Of a DNA stretch of 64,000 nucleotides, positions 18,458 to 28,181 are shown one piece after another; the first letter of the stretch is position 1; every line of letters begins with the position of its first letter. The position numbers and the translations under genes were made by a program. Source of the DNA: a virus; the IMG/VR virus record IMGVR_UViG_3300042469_000981, one strand, 5' to 3'. The notes under the pieces are model-generated. The model saw only the letters and a list, made by a program, of their open reading frames with translations. It was not told the DNA's origin and did no database searches.

Positions 18458-20215
18458 TTACGCTGGGAAAGTTGCTCCAGTAGGTAAGATGTTGAAATCC
18501 AAGTAAATGAATTCAGCTGTCTTAGTCGGCTGTAAGTAAATTTGACCAACCAATTGGTTTCTATCAATTACATCAGGAGTGTTATTGCTATCATCCATTA
18601 CTACTTTAAAAGCATACAAACCTTGACGTTGTTGAACTGATTCCAAATATGGGTTAACTTGGTTCAAGAAACTAGTACGAGTAGCAATTGTGTTCTGTTC
18701 AAATACCAAGTTTTGAGCAACTTGAGAAATGTAAGATTTAAGAGCAATTAACAAACGACGAACGTTTACACGATCCAAAGCGCTAGCTTTAGTTTGTAAT
18801 GTTTTTTGTCCGTAAACTACAACTCCAGTTCCGGGGAAAGTAGCAATTGGGTTAACTTTATTTTGATATAAAGTGTCGCGTTGTGATTGAGTCAATTTCT
18901 TTTCAGCTCTTACCACTGTGCTTAAACCACCTCTGTTAATACCTGCAGGTGCAAACCAAGGCTCTGATACTGTATCATTGTAAGCATAAACACCACCAAC
19001 CATAGTTGAAGCTGGTACCCAAACCAATTGAGCAGAATCTGGATCAACTGTTTGAACCCAAGGCCAGTATGAAGCAGCGTATGAAGTATTTTTAGCGTTA
19101 GCAGCTGAGGTAGCATCATTAACACTTGAACTAAAAGGTACTAAATCAGTTACATAAATAGCATCTCCACGATTTTGAGTGTTACTAATGATTGATGTTA
19201 CTTGGGAAGCACCAATAGTAGCTGTATTAGCAAATAAACCAGGAGTTAACAATACATTGTATCTGTAGTCATCAGCATTAGCCATCAAACTAATCATATC
19301 ACTGTAATCGCTGCCTGTTAAACCTTGAGTGTTAGTTGAAGCAACATCAATGTTATTATAATAATCAGCGCCTGAACCGAATAAATCACCAACAGCACCT
19401 ATGAATGATCCACTTGCGTTAGCTGGAAGAGATCCGGTTAATGTTGATTTAGCTATACCGTTATTATCAAAATAGAATGGTGTAGGAGTTTTAACACTTT
19501 GTACATACACGTATCTTGAATTGTTAGGATAGTCTCCAGTGATTGAAATTTGGTTATCTACAGAATTGTAAGATTTTACTTGGTTACCAATTATTCTAGA
19601 TACGAAATTAGGAGCGGTTGGGTCCATTGATAAGTTAGTCCAACTTTCTAATACAGTAATGTTATTTGTAGTGTCATCACCTTGACGAATAAACAAACTA
19701 AAAGTACCGTTAGCGGTATCTTGGTTTGCAATTTGCCATCTGATATTATCAGCTGAACCTGAAGCTGTTAATGATCCACTAGCATCTAATGAGCAAGAAC
19801 TGTTCATTAATTTACCTTGTGAAATAGTATTTAATACTAAAGCTTCAGCTGCTGAGGCTGAGTTTAAAATAGATACTCCACCACCTGATCCACCAGTTAC
19901 TGAACCTGTAGCGGTTGTAGCTGAAGTGAATGAACCACTCACTACTCGTGATACCAACAATGTCTCTCCACCGTTATTAAAATAGTTGAAAGCAGCAATT
20001 GAGGTGAAATAAGTGTAAACTTGGCTAGCACTTAAAAAAGTAGTACCAAATTTATTCTGATAATCACTGTATGAAGTAACGATTGTAGGAATTTCTACAG
20101 GGCCTTTAACAGTAGGACCAATAAGAGCGGCTCCTACAGTTACTGGCTGTTGGGTGATAAATGACTGATCGTTTTCAAGTGCGAGTACGCCAGGGGATAT
20201 TAAAGTTTCTGCCAT
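18458..20215 (-). CDS. Contractile tail sheath protein (gp18-like)
   Basis: SPGV...GPTVKGP N-terminus; YWPW, WFAPAGINRG, NPIATFPG, GQKTL, DRVNVRRLL, PTKTAEFI. Confidence 0.95.
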   Translation of the reverse strand: MAETLISPGVLALENDQSFITQQPVTVGAALIGPTVKGPVEIPTIVTSYSDYQNKFGTTFLSASQVYTYFTSIAAFNYFNNGGETLLVSRVVSGSFTSATTATGSVTGGSGGGVSILNSASAAEALVLNTISQGKLMNSSCSLDASGSLTASGSADNIRWQIANQDTANGTFSLFIRQGDDTTNNITVLESWTNLSMDPTAPNFVSRIIGNQVKSYNSVDNQISITGDYPNNSRYVYVQSVKTPTPFYFDNNGIAKSTLTGSLPANASGSFIGAVGDLFGSGADYYNNIDVASTNTQGLTGSDYSDMISLMANADDYRYNVLLTPGLFANTATIGASQVTSIISNTQNRGDAIYVTDLVPFSSSVNDATSAANAKNTSYAASYWPWVQTVDPDSAQLVWVPASTMVGGVYAYNDTVSEPWFAPAGINRGGLSTVVRAEKKLTQSQRDTLYQNKVNPIATFPGTGVVVYGQKTLQTKASALDRVNVRRLLIALKSYISQVAQNLVFEQNTIATRTSFLNQVNPYLESVQQRQGLYAFKVVMDDSNNTPDVIDRNQLVGQIYLQPTKTAEFIYLDFNILPTGATFPA

Positions 20216-20270
20216 GTTTTAAAAATTAATGATTTTTATTCTATGATAAATATCATAGAAAAAATCAAAA

Positions 20271-20522
20271 TTAACCCACTACAGTAATTTCTCCCTTGTC
20301 CAAATCTATACTTCCGTTACCGTACTTAGATTGAAGAGTATTGTTTAATGTAGCTTCTGAGTTCATAACTTCTACTAAAAGATTAGTTAATGTTTCTTTT
20401 TGTAAAGTTAATTCTTGGATTCTTATTTCAATAAAACCAAAATCAGCCATTAACTGTTCTCTTTTCACTTTTAAATCCTTAATTGCTTGGATTTCTTCTT
20501 GTTCTAAAACTTTTGTTTCCAT
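20271..20522 (-). CDS. Small coiled-coil protein, paralogue of 41639..41917
   Basis: Heptad pattern plus C-terminal LQSKYGNGSIDLDKGEI. Confidence 0.75.
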   Translation of the reverse strand: METKVLEQEEIQAIKDLKVKREQLMADFGFIEIRIQELTLQKETLTNLLVEVMNSEATLNNTLQSKYGNGSIDLDKGEITVVG

Positions 20523-20532
20523 ATGTTATTTT

Positions 20533-21309
20533 TTAAATATAAGTTCCAATAAATGTAAAATCAACACCACCAGGAGCAGCACTTTCAAAAGTAATTGATG
20601 TATTATTACTTGTAAGAGCGGTCACCACTTGATTAGATTGAGATACTGCTAATCCTAAAAATAAATTTTGATTTAATGTTTTGCCAGTTAAATCAACTGG
20701 GCTTACAGTTACTACAGCCTGATATGGAGGGGTTGTTGATGTTTTACCAGCTCCAGCAAACATTTTTAATATACCAGCTACTGCTACTACTGAACCACTA
20801 GGTACATAATAACTTGTATTACCTAAAGTTGAAGTAGATGTATCTGAAGTAGCAGCTGATACAGCATTAGAGGCTGAAACAGCATAAGAAGCAGTTCCTG
20901 CTACACTACCAGATAATGAACCTGTAATAGAGGTAAATTTACCTACTGAGCCTGAAACTGTCATTCCGCCTAGTCCACCTAGCACATTAAGAGAAGGATT
21001 GTAGTAAGGACCGTTAGTACCATCCGCTGCTAATTGATAATAATCATCTAAAGCAGCTGTTGAGTTTTTAAATACTAATGTATATTCATTGTTTGTAGAA
21101 GCATTACTAGCTACAAATATTTTACTAGAAGAAACAGCATTAGTAAAAAAACCACTACCTGTAGTCGCTCCAGAGAATGCAAATGAACCAGATAATGTTA
21201 TGGCGTATCCCTCAGTACCAGTAAATGCGTCAACTGATTGAGTTACTTGTCCGGGTAATATAACATTACCGTTAGATATACCTGATGTAGAGAGGGTTTT
21301 TAATGCCAT
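20533..21309 (-). CDS. Putative virion structural/fibre protein
   Basis: Ser/Thr/Gly-rich with SGS/TGS tracts; upstream ATATTTAT motif. Confidence 0.6.
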   Translation of the reverse strand: MALKTLSTSGISNGNVILPGQVTQSVDAFTGTEGYAITLSGSFAFSGATTGSGFFTNAVSSSKIFVASNASTNNEYTLVFKNSTAALDDYYQLAADGTNGPYYNPSLNVLGGLGGMTVSGSVGKFTSITGSLSGSVAGTASYAVSASNAVSAATSDTSTSTLGNTSYYVPSGSVVAVAGILKMFAGAGKTSTTPPYQAVVTVSPVDLTGKTLNQNLFLGLAVSQSNQVVTALTSNNTSITFESAAPGGVDFTFIGTYI

Positions 21310-21346
21310 ATGTTAATAAATATATGTTTTTTAGTTAAGTTTTAAA

Positions 21347-23716
21347 TTATAGTCCGAATCTTCCTTTGGTTGCATTATAGTTTTGAGCTATTTCGGTTGC
21401 AGATAATGCTCTGTTGTATATTCTAAAAGCAGCCATCTTATTAGGAGCTTTATCATAAGAGGGTGTTGTAACTGCAGAAAGCTGGTAAGCGTTTCCGGTC
21501 ATTAATTCAAATGTAGAAGCTATATTCATAGTACTTGCTTGTTGAACTCCGTTAACAAACATTTTTACAGTAGTGCCGTCATAAGTCATACTGTATAGTT
21601 TAAAAGTTGCTGAAGGATTTAGTAAGTCTGAAGTAATTTCTGAATAACCAGCTCCGGGATTAATAGCTATCCTAAATCTAGCAGAAGACGTGTTCCCTAC
21701 AAGGCCTATAAACGTGTTTCCACTCATTACCAAATGTGGATATCCTCCAGTTGAATTACCTGTTAATTTACAGTAGTATTCTAAAGTTACAGCACTGAGA
21801 ACTGGTTTATTACCAGTAACGGAGTCATCAATTCCATCAAAGTCGATACAACCACCGCTATCAATGTTAAAGCTAGGTCCATTAATTAAAGTACCGTTAT
21901 TAGCATTTCCGCTTAAATCAGTCCATGTTGTTCCTGTTCCGGGGTATGAATCTTTATTAGCTGAATCTAAATTAATTATTAATCCGTTTGTTACTATTTG
22001 TTGGCCTTGGAATTTGTCTTTAGTTGCTTGATAGTTTTGTTGGACTTCTGATGCTGTGAGTGCTTTACTATATATTCTAGTGTTTGCAATTTTTCCATTA
22101 AATTCATATCCTCCTGCTCCCGTAAATCTTGCAATATACAGAGGTACATTAGGTGTAGTGCCAGAAGATGTACCTGTTGTATTTTCCAGTACTCCATTTA
22201 CATAAACTTTAGCTTGGTAATTTACACTAGCATCTACTGTTACAATAACATGAAACCAGGTATTAGGAGCTATTTGAGTAGTTGAAGGTAAATTAGTGTA
22301 AATCCATCCACTTCCATCTCCAAAATGTGAGTTAAAAAAACCATTTGATATTTCAAATCTAATTCCTAAATTCACATCTAGGATTACTTTTTGAGCTGTA
22401 GTATAAACATTAGGATTTAACCACATTTCTGTACTCCAATTAGATAATGATGGGAAATTAGATGTTACAGCATAATCATCTACTCCATCAAAATTAATAA
22501 TACCACCGTTTATATTATTAAAAGTAGGTCCGTTAGTCAATGTAGCACTAGCTACACTACCTGTTAAGTTATACCATGCTGTTCCTGATTTAGGATATGA
22601 TACTAAATTATTAGCATCTACCATGAATACTAATCCATCTTGAACAATATTACTTTGGAAATAGTTTTGTTTAACTTCTGAAAGTGATAATGCTTTAGAA
22701 TATATTTTAGAATTATTTATATTACCCTGTCTATAAGAATTATAAATATCACTTCCTATATAAGCTTTGGTAGCATTAGATGCTGTATAAGTTGTAATAG
22801 CAGAATTTGATGAGGCGATAGAAGTTCCGTTAACATATAAAGTCCCTGTGTACGATGCACCATTTTTACTCCATGTACCCACAACATGGAAAAATTTTCC
22901 TGTAGCTATATTTGTTGAAGTATAAGTAGTAGAAGAATCAATTAAGTAACTTTGAACAGTGGTATCTATCTGCCAATAAAAACTACCATTTTGTAATCCG
23001 TTTCTCCATTGACCTAAAGTTATATGAGCATAATTGCCTGATGGATAGTTTATGTCATTTACAGACATTAATGTATGATAAGCATTATCATTAGTTGTTG
23101 TACTACATAACATTTCGAATGTAATATCCTGATTATTAAAGGTAGTAGGAGCTATATTAGTTATACTACACGTAACAAAATCATCAACACCATCTAAAAA
23201 AATAGTTCCTAAGGAAGAATTAAAAGTAGGACCGTTAATTAAAGAGCCGTTATTTCCAAAACCACTTGCGTCATACCAACTAGTTCCTGTTTGTGGATAT
23301 GATGTAGGTTGATTAGCATCAACATACAAAACTAACTCATCAGCATCAATCCTAGGAATAGGATTATCCGAGTTATTAATAAAGAAATTATTTGTTACAA
23401 CCCAGTTATAAGCACTACCTGTTGTAGTAAAGTTTCTAGGAGAACCCGGTAATGTATTAGCGGCATAAACAATATTTGCCGAACTGTTATTATAAGCCGG
23501 ATAAAATAAAGGTTTACCTGCCGGTCCTCTACCTAAACTAGTTGAATTACCTATAAAGATAACATTGTTTTCTGCCGGTACTTCACTCATCCAAGATAGT
23601 CCTCCAAAACCTCCTCTGTAGTTACGCTGTTGTCCATCAACAACATATGAGATACTGTTTTCTTGTATACTACCTGATACTGGTGTTCCGGGGTTATATG
23701 ATACTGGTTGTGGCAT
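21347..23716 (-). CDS. Fibre/adhesin with three LamG (concanavalin A-like) domains
   Basis: Three repeats of GL...DA....SYP.TGT.W.D.SG..N.GTL.NGP.F...FDG.DD...YxRALSxxEVxQNY. Confidence 0.8.
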   Translation of the reverse strand: MPQPVSYNPGTPVSGSIQENSISYVVDGQQRNYRGGFGGLSWMSEVPAENNVIFIGNSTSLGRGPAGKPLFYPAYNNSSANIVYAANTLPGSPRNFTTTGSAYNWVVTNNFFINNSDNPIPRIDADELVLYVDANQPTSYPQTGTSWYDASGFGNNGSLINGPTFNSSLGTIFLDGVDDFVTCSITNIAPTTFNNQDITFEMLCSTTTNDNAYHTLMSVNDINYPSGNYAHITLGQWRNGLQNGSFYWQIDTTVQSYLIDSSTTYTSTNIATGKFFHVVGTWSKNGASYTGTLYVNGTSIASSNSAITTYTASNATKAYIGSDIYNSYRQGNINNSKIYSKALSLSEVKQNYFQSNIVQDGLVFMVDANNLVSYPKSGTAWYNLTGSVASATLTNGPTFNNINGGIINFDGVDDYAVTSNFPSLSNWSTEMWLNPNVYTTAQKVILDVNLGIRFEISNGFFNSHFGDGSGWIYTNLPSTTQIAPNTWFHVIVTVDASVNYQAKVYVNGVLENTTGTSSGTTPNVPLYIARFTGAGGYEFNGKIANTRIYSKALTASEVQQNYQATKDKFQGQQIVTNGLIINLDSANKDSYPGTGTTWTDLSGNANNGTLINGPSFNIDSGGCIDFDGIDDSVTGNKPVLSAVTLEYYCKLTGNSTGGYPHLVMSGNTFIGLVGNTSSARFRIAINPGAGYSEITSDLLNPSATFKLYSMTYDGTTVKMFVNGVQQASTMNIASTFELMTGNAYQLSAVTTPSYDKAPNKMAAFRIYNRALSATEIAQNYNATKGRFGL

Positions 23717-23722
23717 TTAGTT

Positions 23723-23974
23723 TTAGTAATATAAAGATCCAGTTATTATCCATTCTGGTTGAGAAAGAATAACTAAAGCTTCATTATAATTATAAGGACC
23801 TTGTTTGGTATTTAAAGCATTAACTGAAGAGGGTATCTCTCCAAGCCATCTGACTGTTGATAAGGATTCATTTTGAGTTTTTCTAGTAGTAGATGGTGAA
23901 ATTTCTTCTACTTGAGAATAATCAATAGTTCCTATTTCAGAAGTGTTAAATATTATATAAGTTGATTCTTCCAT
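23723..23974 (-). CDS. Small fibre-associated protein, paralogue of 26390..26671
   Basis: YIIFNTSE...IDYSQV.E.S..T.RK...PSSV.AL.TK...Y...E.L.IL..PEW is shared with 26390..26671. Confidence 0.7.
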   Translation of the reverse strand: MEESTYIIFNTSEIGTIDYSQVEEISPSTTRKTQNESLSTVRWLGEIPSSVNALNTKQGPYNYNEALVILSQPEWIITGSLYY

Positions 23975-23976
23975 AA

Positions 23977-26385
23977 TTAAACTCCATATTGAGATTTAAT
24001 AGCATTATAATTTTGAGTTACTTCTGTTGATGATAAAGTTCGATTATATAACCGACATATTCCCATCTTTCCAGCCCAAGCTGGCCTATCATCTGTGATT
24101 ACTCCTCCTCCAATATCTAATCTTCCAGAACTGTATAATGTAATATTTGGAGTTGGAGAAACAGTAACATTAACTATTAAATTATTATTTAAATAACATC
24201 TTAAATTACTTGATGAAGGATTGTAAGTTTCAACATAATGAAAATTATTTCCAAATCCTACATTGCTTGAAAAATTAGGAACCATTACATAATCATTACC
24301 AAAATAATATTTATATAAACCATCAGCTCCAACATTATAATATATACCGTTAGATTGATTGGGATTTTGTTGGCCATAAGCAAATAAATGCCAGTTATTG
24401 CCATTGTTTAGCATATTAGCTACAATCTCAATACTATAATTAGGATTTCCTGTAGGTAAGCTTGTAGTAGTATCTGTTCTAAAGAAGTAGTCAGTATCAC
24501 TATTTGTAGGATTCCAATTAAACATACCTCCACCGGGTACTTGGTTCCAATTTATTTGTGAATTACCATTAGTTCCACCGACAGGATTTTGTAACCATGC
24601 TACATTATTTCCATTTCCTGAAATATCATACCATGTTGTTCCTGTTCCTGGGTATGAATCTAAATTGTCTGCTTCTAAATTAAGTACTAATCCGTTTGTT
24701 ACTGGGCCAGCTGGTGTTTCAAATCTGTATTGTTCAGCTTGATAGTTTTGGAGGATTTCGGATGCGGAGAGTGCTTTATTGTATATTTTAGTATTGGCTA
24801 CAGTACCATCAAAATATCTTCCTGAGATATTTATTCTTCCAATATCTAATTGGACTGTAGTGTTACTATTTGTATTTGCTCCAGCACCAGAGGATACTAA
24901 AACCCCATCAACATATATTTCAGCAGTTGTTGCTCCTGTTCTTTGACATGATATATGCCTCCAGGCTCCATTATTTACAGATGTTGTAGATATTAAAAAC
25001 GCACCTCCATCCCAGCCAAAACCAACATATCTATTTGTAGGACTTAATTGAATCCATAATCCTGTACCAGCTGCATCATCATATTTAGAAACAACTCCCA
25101 TATAGTCACTTGAACTTTGATTAGAAGTTTTTATCCAACAAGAAACATTAAAGTTTCCTGTTCCAAAATCTAAACCTGTAGAACCAAAATTAACATAGTC
25201 ATCTGTACCATCAAATACAATTGAACCACCATTGTTTATGTTAAAAGTAGGTCCATTAGTTAATGCACCATTACCTACACTACCTGTTAAATTATACCAC
25301 GCTGTTCCTGATTTAGGGTATGATACTATATTATTAGCATCTACAGCAAATACTAGACCGTCTGTGACTATTGGTGCTCCAAAATAGTTTTGTTTGACTT
25401 GAGCTTCTGTTAAAGCTCTAGGATAAACTTGAGTGTTTGCTATACTTCCATTAAAGTGATATCCTGTAGTTGAACCATTATACCAACTACCAATTCTTTC
25501 ACCGTTATTATTGACTTGGATTGTGGCATTATATGTTGTTGATAAAACATTAGTACCGTTGATATACATTTTTGCAACACTACCATCATAAGTAACAATA
25601 GTGTTATACCATCTATTTGCTATAAAATAAGTTGAACTACCAACTTGGAAATCTTGCATTCCAATCCCATTAAACATAAACCTTAATTTAAAAGTAGGAT
25701 TTTCAAAAAATAAAGCATATTGAGTATTCACATATCCTTTTTCAAATAAAAATCCATTTTGTGATGCTAATGCTGGAGAAAAAGTACTACTAACTGTAAT
25801 ACTGTCACTATTTAATGCTGTGTCATTAGGGAAGTTTACATAATCATCAGTACCGTCAAAAGCAAAATATCCATTTGAATTCCATGTAGGACTATTAGTT
25901 AAAGTTCCATTTGTGCCTTTCCCACTTAAATCTCTCCAGTTAGTCCCTGTTTGTGGATATGAAGACATTTTAGAAGCATCTACATCAAATGCTAAACTAT
26001 CAGCATCTACTCCCTCAAATGGATCATTTGACTCTAAAATAAAATAACCTCTAGCATTTATTAAATCGTTTAATGCAACATTGGCATCAGAATAATTACC
26101 CGGTGAACCAGGTATACGATTAGCCGTATATAAAATAGCTGCCGAACCTGTTCCATTACAAGAATAAAACAATGGTACTGCTAGACTAGGATTACCTTCA
26201 AACCCTTGAGTATAAGTGTCTGTTACAAAAACAATTGGGGCAGCACCGTCTGCCGAAGGTACCCATTTTTTAGAAGCAAAGGTAGTATAGTCCCTATTAC
26301 CACTGTCTACAGTGTAATTAACATTACCTCCCCTGATGCTTCCTGATAAAGGACCAGAAGCATTATATGCTATAGGTCTAGACAT
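23977..26385 (-). CDS. Fibre/adhesin with three LamG domains
   Basis: Same architecture and N-terminal domain as 21347..23716. Confidence 0.8.
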   Translation of the reverse strand: MSRPIAYNASGPLSGSIRGGNVNYTVDSGNRDYTTFASKKWVPSADGAAPIVFVTDTYTQGFEGNPSLAVPLFYSCNGTGSAAILYTANRIPGSPGNYSDANVALNDLINARGYFILESNDPFEGVDADSLAFDVDASKMSSYPQTGTNWRDLSGKGTNGTLTNSPTWNSNGYFAFDGTDDYVNFPNDTALNSDSITVSSTFSPALASQNGFLFEKGYVNTQYALFFENPTFKLRFMFNGIGMQDFQVGSSTYFIANRWYNTIVTYDGSVAKMYINGTNVLSTTYNATIQVNNNGERIGSWYNGSTTGYHFNGSIANTQVYPRALTEAQVKQNYFGAPIVTDGLVFAVDANNIVSYPKSGTAWYNLTGSVGNGALTNGPTFNINNGGSIVFDGTDDYVNFGSTGLDFGTGNFNVSCWIKTSNQSSSDYMGVVSKYDDAAGTGLWIQLSPTNRYVGFGWDGGAFLISTTSVNNGAWRHISCQRTGATTAEIYVDGVLVSSGAGANTNSNTTVQLDIGRINISGRYFDGTVANTKIYNKALSASEILQNYQAEQYRFETPAGPVTNGLVLNLEADNLDSYPGTGTTWYDISGNGNNVAWLQNPVGGTNGNSQINWNQVPGGGMFNWNPTNSDTDYFFRTDTTTSLPTGNPNYSIEIVANMLNNGNNWHLFAYGQQNPNQSNGIYYNVGADGLYKYYFGNDYVMVPNFSSNVGFGNNFHYVETYNPSSSNLRCYLNNNLIVNVTVSPTPNITLYSSGRLDIGGGVITDDRPAWAGKMGICRLYNRTLSSTEVTQNYNAIKSQYGV

Positions 26386-26389
26386 TTAA

Positions 26390-26671
26390 TTAAGCTGCTG
26401 AACCTGAAGGGAATGGATTAGGATCTGTCCATTCTGGAGTTGCTAAAATAGTTAAAATCTCATCGTATGTGTATTCGATTGATTTTGTAGTTAAAGCAGC
26501 AACTGATGAAGGTTGAGGCATATCGTATTTAACGAATGTTTGAGTTTTATCAACTGATTTACGAACTGTATCAATTGAGGTTTCATAGACTTGATTAAAG
26601 TCGATTAAAGGAAGTTCTGTAACGTTAAAAATTACAAAGCGTCTGTTTGCGTATTCTTCTTGTGTTGTCAT
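26390..26671 (-). CDS. Small fibre-associated protein
   Basis: Paralogue of 23723..23974; each precedes a LamG gene in transcription order. Confidence 0.7.
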   Translation of the reverse strand: MTTQEEYANRRFVIFNVTELPLIDFNQVYETSIDTVRKSVDKTQTFVKYDMPQPSSVAALTTKSIEYTYDEILTILATPEWTDPNPFPSGSAA

Positions 26672-26696
26672 TTTATTATTTTGTTATAAATATTAA

Positions 26697-28181
26697 TTAT
26701 AAACCAAATCTTGCTTTTTGTGCATTGTAGTTTTGAAGAACCTCAGCAGCTGATAGACCTCTACTATAGACTCTTAAAGTAGATAAATTCCCTGGAAAGG
26801 CATAAGATGAATTTGAGCTAAACCCAGGACCATCAAAACTTGAATTTGTAGATGTTGCTGATGTTGAAGTTATTAGTTGTCCATTAATATATAATGAAGC
26901 TGTGCCTCCGGTTAGATTACCGGTGTATGATAATAAAAGTTGCCTCCAGGTACTGTCCCCAAGATTAATTGTATGAGTTAAACTTACAAATGTTCTTGTC
27001 CCATTAATAAAGTTCAAACAACGTAGTGTGTTAGGTGTATAATAAACAGCGTGACATCCTGGGGTGTCAATAGTACCTGTTCCATATTTTAGTAATTCAA
27101 CTTGTTTATTGGTTGTTTGTTTGAACCACATTTCTAAAGTGCTTCCATTATTTAAAGTTCCCCCAGCTATTGTAACAAAATCATCACTACCATCAAATGT
27201 TAAAGTACCCCCATTTTGATAAGAATTAAACCCTATTCCATTAACTAACGTTCCATTATTACTATTCCCACTTACATCATTCCACAAATATGGTGTAAAC
27301 GTTCCACTAGTGGTAAATGTATGGATTGTGTATCCGTTTAGGTATGTAATTGTACCTCCGGTTGCTGCTGGGAGACCTGGGTAACGTACTATAACTATGC
27401 CTGAGCCACCGTTACCACCACTTCCACCACCACCACCAGAGTTTCCTCCTCCGCCACCACCAGTATTGGCAGTAGCAGCAAACCCATTTACATTAATTCC
27501 ACCAGCACCATTACCTCCACCACCAAGTCCTCCTGTGCCTCCTGGTGGGTTTGGGTATGTTCCACCACCTCCACCCCCTGCGTAATAAGTAGAGGTTCCT
27601 GAAATAGAATATGCATTTCCATTCCCACCATTACCAGCTGTACTCCCATTGGCATTTTGACCAGTTTGTCCAGCTCCACCACCACCACCAGCACCACCAC
27701 TAGTAGTATTTGGGTCTCCTATACCACCGTTAAATCCTTGCCCAGCCGTTCCTAAACCGAAGATTGTACGTTCACTACTAACCCAACCTCCAGCTCCTCC
27801 TCCTGAGCCACCATTCTTTACAGGACCATAAACATAAGCTCCGGATCCATTAGCTCCTCCTCCACCTCCAATAGCAGTGAGTGAACCAAATACAGAATTA
27901 TTTCCACTTGTACTTTGACCAGCAGGAGGTCCACCAGATCCACCAGCACCAACAGTTACAGTAATAGCAGCGGCATTAGTTAATTGATAAGCACTGTTAT
28001 ATATTAAACCACCAGCACCTCCGCCACCACCAAAGTCAAATCCACCTCCACCACCACCAGCAACAACTAATACCTCAACATATGGAGGTTGTGAGCGAGT
28101 GTATGAATCCGGATCGCCTGCATCTAGGTTTAATACTAAACCATTTGTTACTATACCTTGTGGACCTTCAAATCTACTCAT
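26697..28181 (-). CDS. LamG domain interrupted by a glycine-rich domain
   Basis: GLVLNLDAGDPDSY / [VEVLVVAGGGGGG...GGSGIVIVRY...IHTFTTSGTFTP] / WNDVSGNSNNGTL...YSRGLSAAEVLQNY. Confidence 0.75.
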   Translation of the reverse strand: MSRFEGPQGIVTNGLVLNLDAGDPDSYTRSQPPYVEVLVVAGGGGGGFDFGGGGGAGGLIYNSAYQLTNAAAITVTVGAGGSGGPPAGQSTSGNNSVFGSLTAIGGGGGANGSGAYVYGPVKNGGSGGGAGGWVSSERTIFGLGTAGQGFNGGIGDPNTTSGGAGGGGGAGQTGQNANGSTAGNGGNGNAYSISGTSTYYAGGGGGGTYPNPPGGTGGLGGGGNGAGGINVNGFAATANTGGGGGGNSGGGGGSGGNGGSGIVIVRYPGLPAATGGTITYLNGYTIHTFTTSGTFTPYLWNDVSGNSNNGTLVNGIGFNSYQNGGTLTFDGSDDFVTIAGGTLNNGSTLEMWFKQTTNKQVELLKYGTGTIDTPGCHAVYYTPNTLRCLNFINGTRTFVSLTHTINLGDSTWRQLLLSYTGNLTGGTASLYINGQLITSTSATSTNSSFDGPGFSSNSSYAFPGNLSTLRVYSRGLSAAEVLQNYNAQKARFGL